A stretch of DNA of 64,000 nucleotides from Albidovulum sp. (GTDB taxonomy: Bacteria; Pseudomonadota; Alphaproteobacteria; Rhodobacterales; Rhodobacteraceae). The position numbers and the translations under genes are program-made. The stretch lies in the NCBI GenBank assembly GCA_020637635.1, contig JACKKB010000002.1:465590-529589 (forward strand), given 5' to 3'. Shown one piece after another: positions 51,077 to 60,416 of this stretch (within the stretch, counting starts at the first letter, position 1; each line of letters opens with the position of its first letter). The notes beneath the pieces are model-generated. The model did not search any database. It was not told where the DNA came from and saw only the letters and a list, made by a program, of their open reading frames with translations.

Positions 51077-52158
51077 GCGGCGGCGACGACAGCGAGAGAG
51101 AACACGAACCTACGCAGCGCAAACTCGACGAGGCGCGGCGGCGCGGCGAGGTGGTGCGCTCGAACGAACTGTCTGCGGCAGCGGCACTTCTTGGACTGAT
51201 TGCCGCTCTCAGTCTCATGTCCGCCGCGGCACCGCGCCGGCTGGCCGATGCCCTGATGCCGCTTCTGTCGGAGCCGGAACGGTTCGGTCACCTTCTCGGC
51301 AAACCCGGTGCGGAGGCCCTGCCGACGGTCGCGCCCGGCCTTGCTGCAGCCCTCCTGCCGGTCTTCCTCCTGCCTGGCGCGGGTGTCCTCATCGCACTCT
51401 TCGCCCAGCGCGCGATCGTCTTCGCGCCCGACAAGCTGCAGTTCCGGCTCTCCCGTATCAGCCCGCTGGCCAACGCAGGGCAGAAGTTCGGGCGCAGCGG
51501 ACTTGCCGAGTTCGGCAAGAGCGCGCTGAAACTCGTGGTGGTTTCGATTCTGGCGGTCAGCTTTCTCTTCGGCAAGGTTCCCGAGATCCTCGCTGCCCCG
51601 AATGCCGACGCGGGTGTCATTGCCGGGGCGGCGGGCGGCATCATCGTCGCCTTCCTGCGGCTCGCCTTCGTCACCACGCTGGTCTTCGGGACGATCGACT
51701 ATCTCTGGCAGCGCAGCGAGCACATCCGGCGCAACCGGATGTCACGGCAGGAGATGGTCGACGAATTCAAGGAATCGGAAGGCGATCCGCATATCCGCGC
51801 CCAAAGGCGCCAACGTGCCGAGGCGATCGCCACCAACCGAATGCTGACCGACGTCCCGAAAGCCGATGTCGTGATCGTCAACCCGACCCATTATGCCGTC
51901 GCCCTGCGCTGGGCGCGCGGCAAGCGCGAGGCGCCCAAATGCGTTGCCAAGGGGACCGACGAGGTGGCGCGCCGGATCCGCGAGGCGGCGGCAGGCGCGG
52001 GAGTTCCGATCCGTTCGGATCCCCCGACGGCGCGCGCGCTCTTCGCCGAGGTCGAGATCGGGCGCGAGATCAGACCGGAGCATTATGCCGCGGTGGCTGC
52101 CGCGATCCGGTTCGCGGAGGCGATGCGGCAGAAGGCGCGGCGGAGGAGCTGGTCGTGA
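51073..52158 (+). CDS. flhB: Flagellar export protein FlhB
   Basis: Segments EPTQRKLDEAR and EFKESEGDP; autocleavage motif NPTH. Confidence 0.96.
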   Translation: MSGGDDSEREHEPTQRKLDEARRRGEVVRSNELSAAAALLGLIAALSLMSAAAPRRLADALMPLLSEPERFGHLLGKPGAEALPTVAPGLAAALLPVFLLPGAGVLIALFAQRAIVFAPDKLQFRLSRISPLANAGQKFGRSGLAEFGKSALKLVVVSILAVSFLFGKVPEILAAPNADAGVIAGAAGGIIVAFLRLAFVTTLVFGTIDYLWQRSEHIRRNRMSRQEMVDEFKESEGDPHIRAQRRQRAEAIATNRMLTDVPKADVVIVNPTHYAVALRWARGKREAPKCVAKGTDEVARRIREAAAGAGVPIRSDPPTARALFAEVEIGREIRPEHYAAVAAAIRFAEAMRQKARRRSWS

Positions 52159-52496
52159 AGCCGGCGGAACTGGAGCGACTGCGCGGCCTCGCCCTGATCG
52201 TGAAGGATCGCGACATCTCGCGTCTCGCCGCGGCGGAGCGGCGCGTCGATGAGGCACGCGGACGCCTCGATGCGCTCGATGCTTCCATCCGCGACGCCCG
52301 CGAAGTCTCCCTTGCGGACGTGGACATCGCGACCCGTGTCGCGGCGGAGCGGTTCTGTGAGGCGCGCCTGGTTCTGCGGCCGGCGCTTCTGGCCTCGCTT
52401 GCGGCGCTGCAGGGGGATCGTGACGAGGCGCTGGCGGCTGCGCGACGCGCCTTCGGTCGCTGGTCGACGCTCGTCAGGCTCACCGGGCAGACATAA
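52155..52496 (+). CDS. Small coiled-coil protein, possibly FliJ-like
   Basis: GTG overlaps the flhB stop; 113-aa helical protein ending ...ARRAFGR. Confidence 0.6.
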   Translation: MKPAELERLRGLALIVKDRDISRLAAAERRVDEARGRLDALDASIRDAREVSLADVDIATRVAAERFCEARLVLRPALLASLAALQGDRDEALAAARRAFGRWSTLVRLTGQT

Positions 52497-52626
52497 CCGG
52501 ACCCGGGGACGCCGCAGGTCGTCGGCCCGGCCCATCCGGCGCTGGCTCCGCAATGCGACATGGCCGCAGGTCGTCCGCCGCGAACACGCCAACGTTTGCC
52601 GCGCTGCGCCTTCGGTCAGTCGCGGC

Positions 52627-53163
52627 TCAGCTGTCCTGGCGAACGAAATCGACGATGAGAACCTGAGAGACGCCCTTGCCGAGCGCCGCCTGTGCCGCCT
52701 CGAGAAGGGCGGTCCGCAAGGCATCGACACGTCCGGTGCTGGTGAAGTTGCCCTCGAACCCCCCGGCATTGGCATGTTCGAAGAGAACCTGCAGGAATTC
52801 GTCCCTGAGCTTCGGTTCGCGGGCGAAAACCGTTTCACTCATCCCCGCCTCGACCTCGAGGCTGATCGACAGAATGGCCAGCGAAGTCACCTCGTCGCTG
52901 TGGACGATGGGCACGACGAACTGATTGTTGAGCTTGACGAATTCGTGTGCCCCCTCCTCGGGCCCGGCGCCGCCGCCATGCGCGTCTGCCGCCTTCTCGG
53001 CCGGATCCGCCTCCGTGCCGTGGGAGCTTTCGGCGGCCGCACCGGCGGCGGCGGTTTCCGGGGGGCTCTCCTTGGCGGCGAAGAACCGGCCCGCACCGGC
53101 GCCGGCGCCGGCGCCGATCAGGGCGAGAAGAAGGGGAAGGAGAAGGGGAAGGAGCTTCTTCAC
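52627..53163 (-). CDS. fliL: Second FliL-family protein
   Basis: N-terminal TM; FVKLNNQFVVP; EPKLRDEFLQVLF. Confidence 0.82.
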   Translation of the reverse strand: MKKLLPLLLPLLLALIGAGAGAGAGRFFAAKESPPETAAAGAAAESSHGTEADPAEKAADAHGGGAGPEEGAHEFVKLNNQFVVPIVHSDEVTSLAILSISLEVEAGMSETVFAREPKLRDEFLQVLFEHANAGGFEGNFTSTGRVDALRTALLEAAQAALGKGVSQVLIVDFVRQDS

Positions 53164-53171
53164 GGGCAGCC

Positions 53172-53894
53172 TCAGAACGGCAGAATCACGTCGGCCACCT
53201 GCTGGCCATAACGCGGCTGCTGCACGTCGGTGATCTGGCCGCGCCCGCCATAGGAGACGCGGGCGCCGGCGATCTTGTCATAAGTGATCTCGTTTTGCCT
53301 CGAGATATCCTCAGGGCGCACGAAACCGTCGACAATGAGTTCGCGCACCTCGAAGTTCACGCGGACCTCCTGCGAGCCGGTGATGTGAAGGACCCCGTTC
53401 GGCAACGCCTCGACGACGGTCGCGGCGACGCGCAGGGTGAGCTTCTCCTTGCGCGCAACCGAGCCGTCGCCCTGGTAGCTCGAGCTGGACGACGTCGCAT
53501 AGGCGTTGGCAAGGCTCGCGCCGGCGGGCAGTTCGGCATCGATCCGCTGCGGGATTCCGACCAGCGACGGAATGCCCATCTTGTCGGCGCCGCTGCGGGA
53601 CCGGCCGGTCGAGTTCGAGATCTCGGCCTTGTCGTCGATCTCGACCACCACGGTGAGAATGTCACCGGGGCCCATCGCCCGGCGATCGCCGAAAAGCGAT
53701 CCGCGGGCGCCCGACCAAAGCGACCCGCCGCGCTCCAGCCGCGACACCGCCGCGCCGGACCGTGCCGCCGCCGAGTTCATCGCCGCGTATTCGCGACCGG
53801 TCTCGGCACGGCTGAGCGGGGGTGCCTTGCCGACGGCATCGAGCCGCGCGCAACCGGCGAGAAGGAGAAGGCAGAGACAGGCGGACCGATACAT
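53172..53894 (-). CDS. flgH: Flagellar L-ring protein FlgH
   Basis: Lipobox LAGC; LFGDRRA...GDILTV; QPRYGQQVADVILPF. Confidence 0.96.
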   Translation of the reverse strand: MYRSACLCLLLLAGCARLDAVGKAPPLSRAETGREYAAMNSAAARSGAAVSRLERGGSLWSGARGSLFGDRRAMGPGDILTVVVEIDDKAEISNSTGRSRSGADKMGIPSLVGIPQRIDAELPAGASLANAYATSSSSSYQGDGSVARKEKLTLRVAATVVEALPNGVLHITGSQEVRVNFEVRELIVDGFVRPEDISRQNEITYDKIAGARVSYGGRGQITDVQQPRYGQQVADVILPF

Positions 53895-53903
53895 GGCGTT
53901 CTT

Positions 53904-54341
53904 TCAGTGTTGCAAGGCGACGTCGATCTTTCCGTCCGGGGCAATGATGCCCGAGACGGTCGTTCGAGAACCGCTGTTGATGACACGGACGATGTCGCCG
54001 ACACCGCCCTGTTCGAGGGCACGTCCCTCGGCAAGAATGCGGAGACCGCCCGAGCGATACCGCAGCGTGACGGGCTGGTTGCGGGCCACGACCGTCCTCG
54101 GCCCGAGGACGGCGAGTGTCAGCGGCTGACCCTGGAAGACCGCGACGCGCGTCTCGAGCCCGATGATCTCGCGCGGATCTCCGAGCCCACCGGGCAGCGT
54201 CTCGGGCACCCGCGAAAGATCCTCGGCGGCGATGACGCTGTGGGCCCGGAGCGTCCGCGCCGCGACCAGGGTCTCGGCCGCGGCCGGCAGGGCGGTCAAC
54301 GCCAGTGCCAGGCCGAGCGGCAGGGTCACGGCGATACCCAT
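53904..54341 (-). CDS. flgA: Flagellar P-ring chaperone FlgA (short form)
   Basis: Signal peptide, SAF domain, and AEGRALEQGGVGDIVRVIN. Confidence 0.9.
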   Translation of the reverse strand: MGIAVTLPLGLALALTALPAAAETLVAARTLRAHSVIAAEDLSRVPETLPGGLGDPREIIGLETRVAVFQGQPLTLAVLGPRTVVARNQPVTLRYRSGGLRILAEGRALEQGGVGDIVRVINSGSRTTVSGIIAPDGKIDVALQH

Positions 54342-55126
54342 CAACGCAGCTGCGTGGTTGCGCCGAGCATCTGGTCGGCTGCGGTGATAACCTTGGCATT
54401 CAACTCGTAGCCGCGCTGCGCCTCGATGAGTTCGGTGATCTCGCGGACCGGATCGACGGAGCTTTCCTCGAGATATCCCTGGCGCAGCGTGCCGAGGCCG
54501 TTCTCTCCGGGGGCGGAGACATTCGCGGGACCGGAGGCTCCGGTTTCGAGAAACAGGTTCGAGCCGATCGCCTCGAGACCCTTGTCGTTGCTGAAACCCG
54601 CGAGGGTGATCTGACCAAGCAACTGGGGCTGAACGCGGTCGTCGAAGTAGGCGTAGACCTCGCCCGTGGCGTTGATGGAAAGCGATCTGACATCGGAGGG
54701 AACTGTGATCTCGGGCGCCACCGCATAGCCGTCGGAGGTGACGATCAGGCCGTCGGCGGAGCGCTTGAGAGCGCCGTCTCGGGTGTAGCCGGAGACGCCG
54801 GACGGCATCGTGACCTCGAGATAGCCGCTACCCTCGATGGCGAGGTCGAGATCGCCACCGGTGGCCGAGGACGATCCCTGCGAGATGTTGACGGTGACCG
54901 CCGCGGCCCGCACGCCAAGTCCGAGTTGAACGCCGGTGGGCACCAGGGTGCCGTCGCTTGCGGTGATGGTCCCGGGACGGGTTTCCTGCTGGTAGTGCAG
55001 ATCGGCGAATTCCGCGCGCCGCGCGTTGTAGCCGGTCGTCGACATGTTGGCGAGGTTGTTGGAAATGACCTCGACGCGCATCTGCTGTGCGCTCATGCCA
55101 GTGGCAGCGATCTGAAGTGCGCGCAA
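54341..55126 (-). CDS. flgG: Flagellar distal rod protein FlgG
   Basis: Segments ISNNLANMSTTGY, YTRDG and LIEAQRGYELNAKVI. Confidence 0.96.
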   Translation of the reverse strand: MRALQIAATGMSAQQMRVEVISNNLANMSTTGYNARRAEFADLHYQQETRPGTITASDGTLVPTGVQLGLGVRAAAVTVNISQGSSSATGGDLDLAIEGSGYLEVTMPSGVSGYTRDGALKRSADGLIVTSDGYAVAPEITVPSDVRSLSINATGEVYAYFDDRVQPQLLGQITLAGFSNDKGLEAIGSNLFLETGASGPANVSAPGENGLGTLRQGYLEESSVDPVREITELIEAQRGYELNAKVITAADQMLGATTQLR

Positions 55127-55139
55127 TGCTCTGTCTCCT

Positions 55140-55856
55140 TCAGCGGGTCATGGCCTGAACGGCCGAACGGATTCTCTGGTCTTCGGCGTCGAGCAGGTTC
55201 TGGCCCGCCTCATAGGCGCGCTGAACCTCGATCATGCGGGTGATCTCGAGCACCGGATCAACATTCGATCCTTCCAGAAATCCCTGAAAGATCGTGGGCG
55301 CCTCGATCGCGGTCTCTCCGCCATCGGCGCGAAACCGGCTGTTGCCGACACGGGTGAGCGAGGCCTCGGGCACGGGCGCGAAGACGCCAAGCCTGGCGAT
55401 CGGCTGGCCGGCAGCGGCCATGGTGCCGTCCCGGGCGATCGAGACCGGACCGGCATCGGTCGGAACCAGGATCGGCGCGCCCGAAGCGTCGAGGACGCGG
55501 CGGCCGTCGACGGTGACGAGCGCACCCTCGGGCGACACCGTGAAGGCGCCGGAGCGGGTCAGTTCGTTGCCGTTCTGGCCTTCCACCATGAAGAACCCTT
55601 CGCCCTCGATCGCGGCGTCAAGGGACCCGCCGGTGGCCGCCATCGCGCCGGGCGTCAGGTCGACCGAATGGCCCTCGGCCGTAGCCATCGACAGGGACGG
55701 GTCACCGGCGCCGAGGCGGGCGATGTGTTCGGCGAAGACCACGCCCTCGCGACGGTAGCCGGTGGTCGACATGTTGGCGATGTTGTTGGCGACGCTGCGC
55801 ATCTCGGTCATGAGACCGGACTGGCGGGTCAGCGCTGTGTAGACGGCGTTGTCCAA
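55140..55856 (-). CDS. flgF: Flagellar rod protein FlgF
   Basis: Segments VANNIANMSTTGYR and LEGSNVDPVLEITRMIEVQRAYE. Confidence 0.93.
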   Translation of the reverse strand: MDNAVYTALTRQSGLMTEMRSVANNIANMSTTGYRREGVVFAEHIARLGAGDPSLSMATAEGHSVDLTPGAMAATGGSLDAAIEGEGFFMVEGQNGNELTRSGAFTVSPEGALVTVDGRRVLDASGAPILVPTDAGPVSIARDGTMAAAGQPIARLGVFAPVPEASLTRVGNSRFRADGGETAIEAPTIFQGFLEGSNVDPVLEITRMIEVQRAYEAGQNLLDAEDQRIRSAVQAMTR

Positions 55857-55859
55857 GGC

Positions 55860-56129
55860 TCAGGACCCCGCGATCATCGGCACGAGGCCGTCGGTGAAGA
55901 ACGACACGAGCAGCCGCGACATGAAGGTCATCGAGACCCAGAATACGAGGATCATCGCACCGACCTTGGGCACGAAGGTAAGGGTCATCTCCTGAACCGA
56001 GGTGAGGGCCTGGAAGAGGCCGATGACGACGCCCATGACGAGCGCGACGGCGAGCAGGGGCGCCGAGATCGCGACGGCGATCCAGAGCGCCTGGCGAAGG
56101 GCGTCGAAAAGCTGGGCCTCGGTCATCAT
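55860..56129 (-). CDS. fliQ: Flagellar export protein FliQ
   Basis: Segment GLFQALTSVQEMTLTFVPK. Confidence 0.95.
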   Translation of the reverse strand: MMTEAQLFDALRQALWIAVAISAPLLAVALVMGVVIGLFQALTSVQEMTLTFVPKVGAMILVFWVSMTFMSRLLVSFFTDGLVPMIAGS

Positions 56130-56428
56130 CAGACAGGCATCCTGAGGATTTCCTGATAGGCCTCGACGACCTTGTTGCGCAGCGTGACGGCGGTCTCGAC
56201 TGCCAGTTCACTCGTGGCGAGCGCCTCGACCAGCGAATGCGGATCGGCGCCACCGGTCATGGCGGCCAGTGCAGTCTGTTCGCCGCTTTGCAGCGTCTGG
56301 GCAAAGCCGCCGACCAGATCGCGCGCAAACTCCGACGCCTGGCCGGCCTCGGCCTTCTGTCCGGCGCCCGGCCCCGGCGCGACCGGTCTTGAATATGCCT
56401 GGGTGGCAAAAGCTGTTCTGACGTCCAT
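56129..56428 (-). CDS. fliE: Hook-basal body protein FliE
   Basis: C-terminal RNKVVEAYQEILRMPV. Confidence 0.95.
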   Translation of the reverse strand: MDVRTAFATQAYSRPVAPGPGAGQKAEAGQASEFARDLVGGFAQTLQSGEQTALAAMTGGADPHSLVEALATSELAVETAVTLRNKVVEAYQEILRMPV

Positions 56429-56444
56429 TCTGGACCCTCCCTAC

Positions 56445-56834
56445 CTAGCGCCGAAGTAGATCGAGCAGGCTTTGCGACATCTGCCGCGCCTGGTCGAACA
56501 TCTTCAGGTTGGCGTCATAGCTGCGCTGCGCCTCGCGGGCGTCGGCAAGCTCGATGACGAGATCGACGTTCGAGCCATCGTAATAGCCTTCGCCATCGGC
56601 CATCGGGTGGCCGGGGTCGAAGACCCGCGTGAGCTCACTCTGATCGAGGGTGACGGGGCCGGTCTCGACACGTCCGGTATCGGCGCCATCTTCCATCACC
56701 GCCTCGAATGAGACGGTCTTGCGGTGGTAGCCGGGCGTGTCGGCGTTCGCGATGTTCTCGGTCACATGCCGCAGCCGCGCCGCCTGCGCCTCCATGCCGC
56801 TCGCGGAAATCGAAAAGGGATTGAGCTTGTCCAT
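56445..56834 (-). CDS. flgC: Flagellar rod protein FlgC
   Basis: Segments ENIANADTPGY, DPGHPMAD and EAQRSYDANL. Confidence 0.95.
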   Translation of the reverse strand: MDKLNPFSISASGMEAQAARLRHVTENIANADTPGYHRKTVSFEAVMEDGADTGRVETGPVTLDQSELTRVFDPGHPMADGEGYYDGSNVDLVIELADAREAQRSYDANLKMFDQARQMSQSLLDLLRR

Positions 56835-56848
56835 CCTGCGCCTCCGCC

Positions 56849-57229
56849 TCAGCTGCGCCCGAGGCTCGCGCGGAGGATCGCGAGTGACTTGCCGTAGACC
56901 GCGAGGGCGAGATCATGCTCGCGCCGCACTTCGGCTGCCTTCACCATCTCGGTCTCGAGCGAGACCGAGTTCCCGTTCGGCGAGGACCCGGAACTGCCGG
57001 CGGTGCCGGCCCAGAGCGGCGCATCCTTGCCCGAACCGAGATGGCCCGGCCGGGTGCGCTTCATTTCATCGCCGGCAATCTCGAACACTTCTGAAAAGTC
57101 GGCGATGTCGCGGGCGCGAAAGCCCGGCGTGTCGGCGTTCGCGATATTCTCCGCGACGATCCCCTGCCGTTTCTCGGCATGGCCCATGAGCGCGGAAGCG
57201 ACGCTCAGGATCTCTGGCTTGTCGAACAT
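56849..57229 (-). CDS. flgB: Flagellar rod protein FlgB
   Basis: Segments AENIANADTPGFRARD and PNGNSVSLETEM. Confidence 0.93.
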   Translation of the reverse strand: MFDKPEILSVASALMGHAEKRQGIVAENIANADTPGFRARDIADFSEVFEIAGDEMKRTRPGHLGSGKDAPLWAGTAGSSGSSPNGNSVSLETEMVKAAEVRREHDLALAVYGKSLAILRASLGRS

Positions 57230-57309
57230 CGGGGGTTCTCCTCCGGTTTCAATCAAGCCTTAACCGCGATTCCTTTATGAACCGTAATCGAGAAACGGAC
57301 GAGGTCAGG

Positions 57310-58719
57310 ATGATGACGCCAGAGTTCGATGCCCTGCGCAGCGAGATCGACGAGATCGAGGCGGTTCATGTCGTCGCCAGGGTGGCGGAGGTCCGCGGCC
57401 GGACGCTGCGGCTCGGCGGTTGTGTCGCGGATTGGCGGATCGGCGATCGCGCCCGTTTCATCGGCGGCGCGGCTGCCGGCGGGAGCGCGACCGGCGACAC
57501 ACGTGGCGGCCGATCCGGCGGCCCGATCGGCGACCCGGTTGGCGGTGAAGTCATCGCGCTTGACAGGGACGGCGCCACCCTTCTCGTCGACGGGTCCGTC
57601 GACGGCGTTCGGATCGGCGATCCGGTCATCCGCGTCGGACAATGCGACCTGCGTCCGCATGACGCCTGGATCGGTCGTATCATCGATCCGTTCGGCGCGC
57701 CTCTCGATGGCCGCCCGCTGCCGCAGGGGCCGGTCGCACGCGATCTCCATGCCGCGCCCCCGGCGCCCGGCATGCGCCGCGCTCTCGGCGAGCGGCTTGG
57801 CACCGGGCTTGCCGCCTTCGACACGCTGCTGCCGCTCGTGGCGGGCCAGCGGCTCGGGCTCTTCGCGGGATCGGGCGTCGGCAAGTCGTCGCTACTGGGG
57901 CGGTTCGCACGCTCGGTCGAGGCCGATGTCGTCGTCGTCGCACTGATCGGTGAACGGGGCCGCGAGGTGCGCGAGTTTGCCGAACATGTCCTCGGACCCG
58001 AGGGCATGGCGCGCAGCGTCTTGGTGGCCGCCACCTCAGACAGTTCGCCGCTCGTGCGTCGGCGCTGCGCCCTGGCGGCGATGTGTGTGGCCGAACACTT
58101 CCGCGATCGCGGGCTGCAGGTCCTCTTCGTCGCCGATTCGATCACGCGTTTTGCCGAGGCGCACCGCGAGGTTGCGCTTGCGGCCGGCGAGCCGCCGTCG
58201 CTGCGCGGCTACCCGCCGTCGACGGCACATCTCATAATGTCCCTGGCCGAGAGGGCCGGGCCCGGCGGCACTACCCAGGGTGACATCACGGCCGTCCTGA
58301 CGGTCCTTGTAGCCGGCTCCGACATGGAGGAACCGGTTGCCGATATCCTGAGAGGCACGCTGGACGGGCATGTCGTGCTGGAACGCGAGATCGCAGAGCG
58401 CGGACGCTTTCCCGCGGTCAACCTGTTGCGATCGGTTTCGCGCGCCCTGCCGCGTGCGGCGAGTGCGGCCGAAAACCTGCTGATCATGCGGGCGCGGCAT
58501 CTCCTTGGAATCTATGATCGCGCCGAGATGATGATCCAGGCCGGGCTCTATGCCTCCGGCAGCGACGCTGAAATCGACGCCGCGATTCGCGTCTGGTCCT
58601 CGCTCGACGGGTTTCTGTCAGAGGATGCACCGGGCGACATAGCGGCGAGTTTCGCACGCCTCGACGAGATCCTGCGCGGCGCCGCGCGCGAACCCGTGGC
58701 GCCCGCGCCCGCAGGCTAG
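57310..58719 (+). CDS. fliI: Flagellar export ATPase FliI
   Basis: Motifs GQRLGLFAGSGVGKS, LIGERGREV and DGHVVLER. Confidence 0.95.
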   Translation: MMTPEFDALRSEIDEIEAVHVVARVAEVRGRTLRLGGCVADWRIGDRARFIGGAAAGGSATGDTRGGRSGGPIGDPVGGEVIALDRDGATLLVDGSVDGVRIGDPVIRVGQCDLRPHDAWIGRIIDPFGAPLDGRPLPQGPVARDLHAAPPAPGMRRALGERLGTGLAAFDTLLPLVAGQRLGLFAGSGVGKSSLLGRFARSVEADVVVVALIGERGREVREFAEHVLGPEGMARSVLVAATSDSSPLVRRRCALAAMCVAEHFRDRGLQVLFVADSITRFAEAHREVALAAGEPPSLRGYPPSTAHLIMSLAERAGPGGTTQGDITAVLTVLVAGSDMEEPVADILRGTLDGHVVLEREIAERGRFPAVNLLRSVSRALPRAASAAENLLIMRARHLLGIYDRAEMMIQAGLYASGSDAEIDAAIRVWSSLDGFLSEDAPGDIAASFARLDEILRGAAREPVAPAPAG

Positions 58720-58754
58720 GCGCCGGCGAAGTCGACGGCAGGGCCGACGCGCTG

Positions 58755-59576
58755 TCAGATCAGCAAGGACAGGATGCCCTGGCTCGATCCTGGCTGGCCA
58801 AGCAGCGCAAGGGCAGCGGCAGCGGGGCTTGACTGCGCGGAAGAGGATTCGGAGCGCAGAAGGTAGAGGCGAAGCAGCGACTGAACCGCTTCGGGGTCGG
58901 AGAACTGGGCCGCCTCGCTGCTGCCGAGGTAGCGTTCTGAGCGGTCCTTCATCACCGCGAGTTGCTGATCCAGATCGATGCCCGAAAAGCTGCGGGGCAA
59001 GCCAAAGGCGGTTTCCACCACCTGTCGCAGCGGCGCCGAACCGAGAATGGAATACCACCGGGTATCGTCAGACACATCGCGCCCGGCAAGTGTCGCAAGC
59101 TCACGTTCAGCATTCATGGCGAGCCGCATTTCGTCACTCGCATCGCCGACAGCCTGTTCGAAGCTCTGGGTTTCATAGCGCGCGAGCACCTTTTCGGCGA
59201 AGTCCGACAACTTGGTTCGCGGTGTCGCGTAGTCACCAAATCCGAAGGCCTTCGAAAGCTCGAGGTAGCGCTTGTCGGCAAGCTTGTTGCCCAGGGCCTT
59301 CGGGTCGAGGGTGCCGTCCTCGAGCACCTTGCGGATGAAATAGCGGTTGTTGATATCATCCTCGAGACCGAAGGCCCCGAGCGCAACCGAGAGGAGACGC
59401 CGATCCGAGACAAGTTCCTCGGCCGAGGAAATCCCGCCGATCCGGTCGCGGAAGTAGGCTTCGTCCCGCTGGACCGCCGGGCTGCTTGCGAAGGCAGTCT
59501 TCTGCGCCTCGCGGGTCCGGGTCAGAAAGGCCCATCCGGCCAGCCCGCCGAAGGGCACGACGGGCGCGTAGGTCAT
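58755..59576 (-). CDS. DUF1217-family flagellar-cluster protein
   Basis: Segments GGLAGWAFL, YFRDRIG and LLSVALGAFGL; located after flbT. Confidence 0.82.
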   Translation of the reverse strand: MTYAPVVPFGGLAGWAFLTRTREAQKTAFASSPAVQRDEAYFRDRIGGISSAEELVSDRRLLSVALGAFGLEDDINNRYFIRKVLEDGTLDPKALGNKLADKRYLELSKAFGFGDYATPRTKLSDFAEKVLARYETQSFEQAVGDASDEMRLAMNAERELATLAGRDVSDDTRWYSILGSAPLRQVVETAFGLPRSFSGIDLDQQLAVMKDRSERYLGSSEAAQFSDPEAVQSLLRLYLLRSESSSAQSSPAAAALALLGQPGSSQGILSLLI

Positions 59577-59977
59577 GAACTGCCTGCGGCCATCAACCGC
59601 GCCTCCCGCGGCAGGAGTGCGCGCAGCGCCTTCAGGACCTGATAGATCTGATCGCCGACCAGGGCCTCGGTCGCCACCGCGAGATGGGCGCGGCTGTCGC
59701 GATCGGTAAAGACCTGGCTGAGTTGCTCGACACCCTGGAGGAGCTGGCGGCGGGCATCGGCGGCGCTCACGTCGCCGGAAAGGACCAGCTGGGCGATGTA
59801 ACAGACCCTGCGCACCGGCGTCGTCACCTCTTCGGGGTGGATCGCATCGCGCAGCCGCAGAATGTTGGCGTTCGGCGTCATCACCGCGAGGCGGGCGCGC
59901 TTGTCGCCGTTCTCGATGACGGCGCCGTTGACCAGAACCCGCTCGCGCGGGGCAAGTTTGAGGACGAGCCCGCTCAT
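59573..59977 (-). CDS. flbT: Flagellin translational regulator FlbT
   Basis: N-terminus MSGLVLKLAPRERVLVNGAVIENGD. Confidence 0.93.
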   Translation of the reverse strand: MSGLVLKLAPRERVLVNGAVIENGDKRARLAVMTPNANILRLRDAIHPEEVTTPVRRVCYIAQLVLSGDVSAADARRQLLQGVEQLSQVFTDRDSRAHLAVATEALVGDQIYQVLKALRALLPREARLMAAGSS

Positions 59978-60339
59978 GCCGCGGCCTCGTGGCGCAGTCC
60001 GCGCATCACCGCGGTATTGATCTCGACGAGTGCGGATGTGTCGGCCTCGCCGGCAAGGATGCGCCGCGTATGCAGACCGGTGAAGCGGGCAAGATAGACG
60101 ATGCGTGCCTTGAGGTCGGCGGGAAGGGGATTGGTGCGCTCGGCCACGTCGGTGGCGAAGATCGACCAGAGGGCACGGTTGTCATGCAGCGCGCGGACCA
60201 GCGAGGAAAAGTCGCTCTTTGCGTTCAGCCCATGCAGCCGGTGCGTGATCCGGGCGAGAGCGTCGTATTCTGTATCGCGGTCGGTGCGTGTGGCGGCGGC
60301 GCTGCCGTAGGCAGATTGTGCGAGGGTATGTGCGTTCAC
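59974..60339 (-). CDS. flaF: Flagellin regulator FlaF
   Basis: Segments ALHDNRALW, NPLPADLKARI and LVEINTAVMRGL; GTG start at 60339. Confidence 0.92.
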   Translation of the reverse strand: MNAHTLAQSAYGSAAATRTDRDTEYDALARITHRLHGLNAKSDFSSLVRALHDNRALWSIFATDVAERTNPLPADLKARIVYLARFTGLHTRRILAGEADTSALVEINTAVMRGLRHEAAA

Positions 60340-60385
60340 GGGTGTGCCTTCCGGTTCCGGTGACAATCAAGGAAAAGCGATGTGC

Positions 60386-60409
60386 GACGGGGCGCCGAGG
60401 CGCCCCGTC
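60386..60409 (-). terminator. Strong hairpin after flagellin (terminator or mRNA-stabilising stem)
   Basis: Perfect inverted repeat GACGGGGCGCC-GA-GGCGCCCCGTC between fliC and flaF. Confidence 0.6.
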
Positions 60410-60416
60410 AGGCCGC

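Noticed and set aside
53125-53156. 12-bp tandem repeat AGAAGGGGAAGG in the second fliL
   Set aside because: An in-frame duplication encoding LLPLLLPLLL in a TM segment, with no evident consequence.
39217-58719. Possible non-flagellar type III secretion system
   Set aside because: Rod, L-ring, FlgA, MotA and flagellin genes identify the export apparatus as flagellar.
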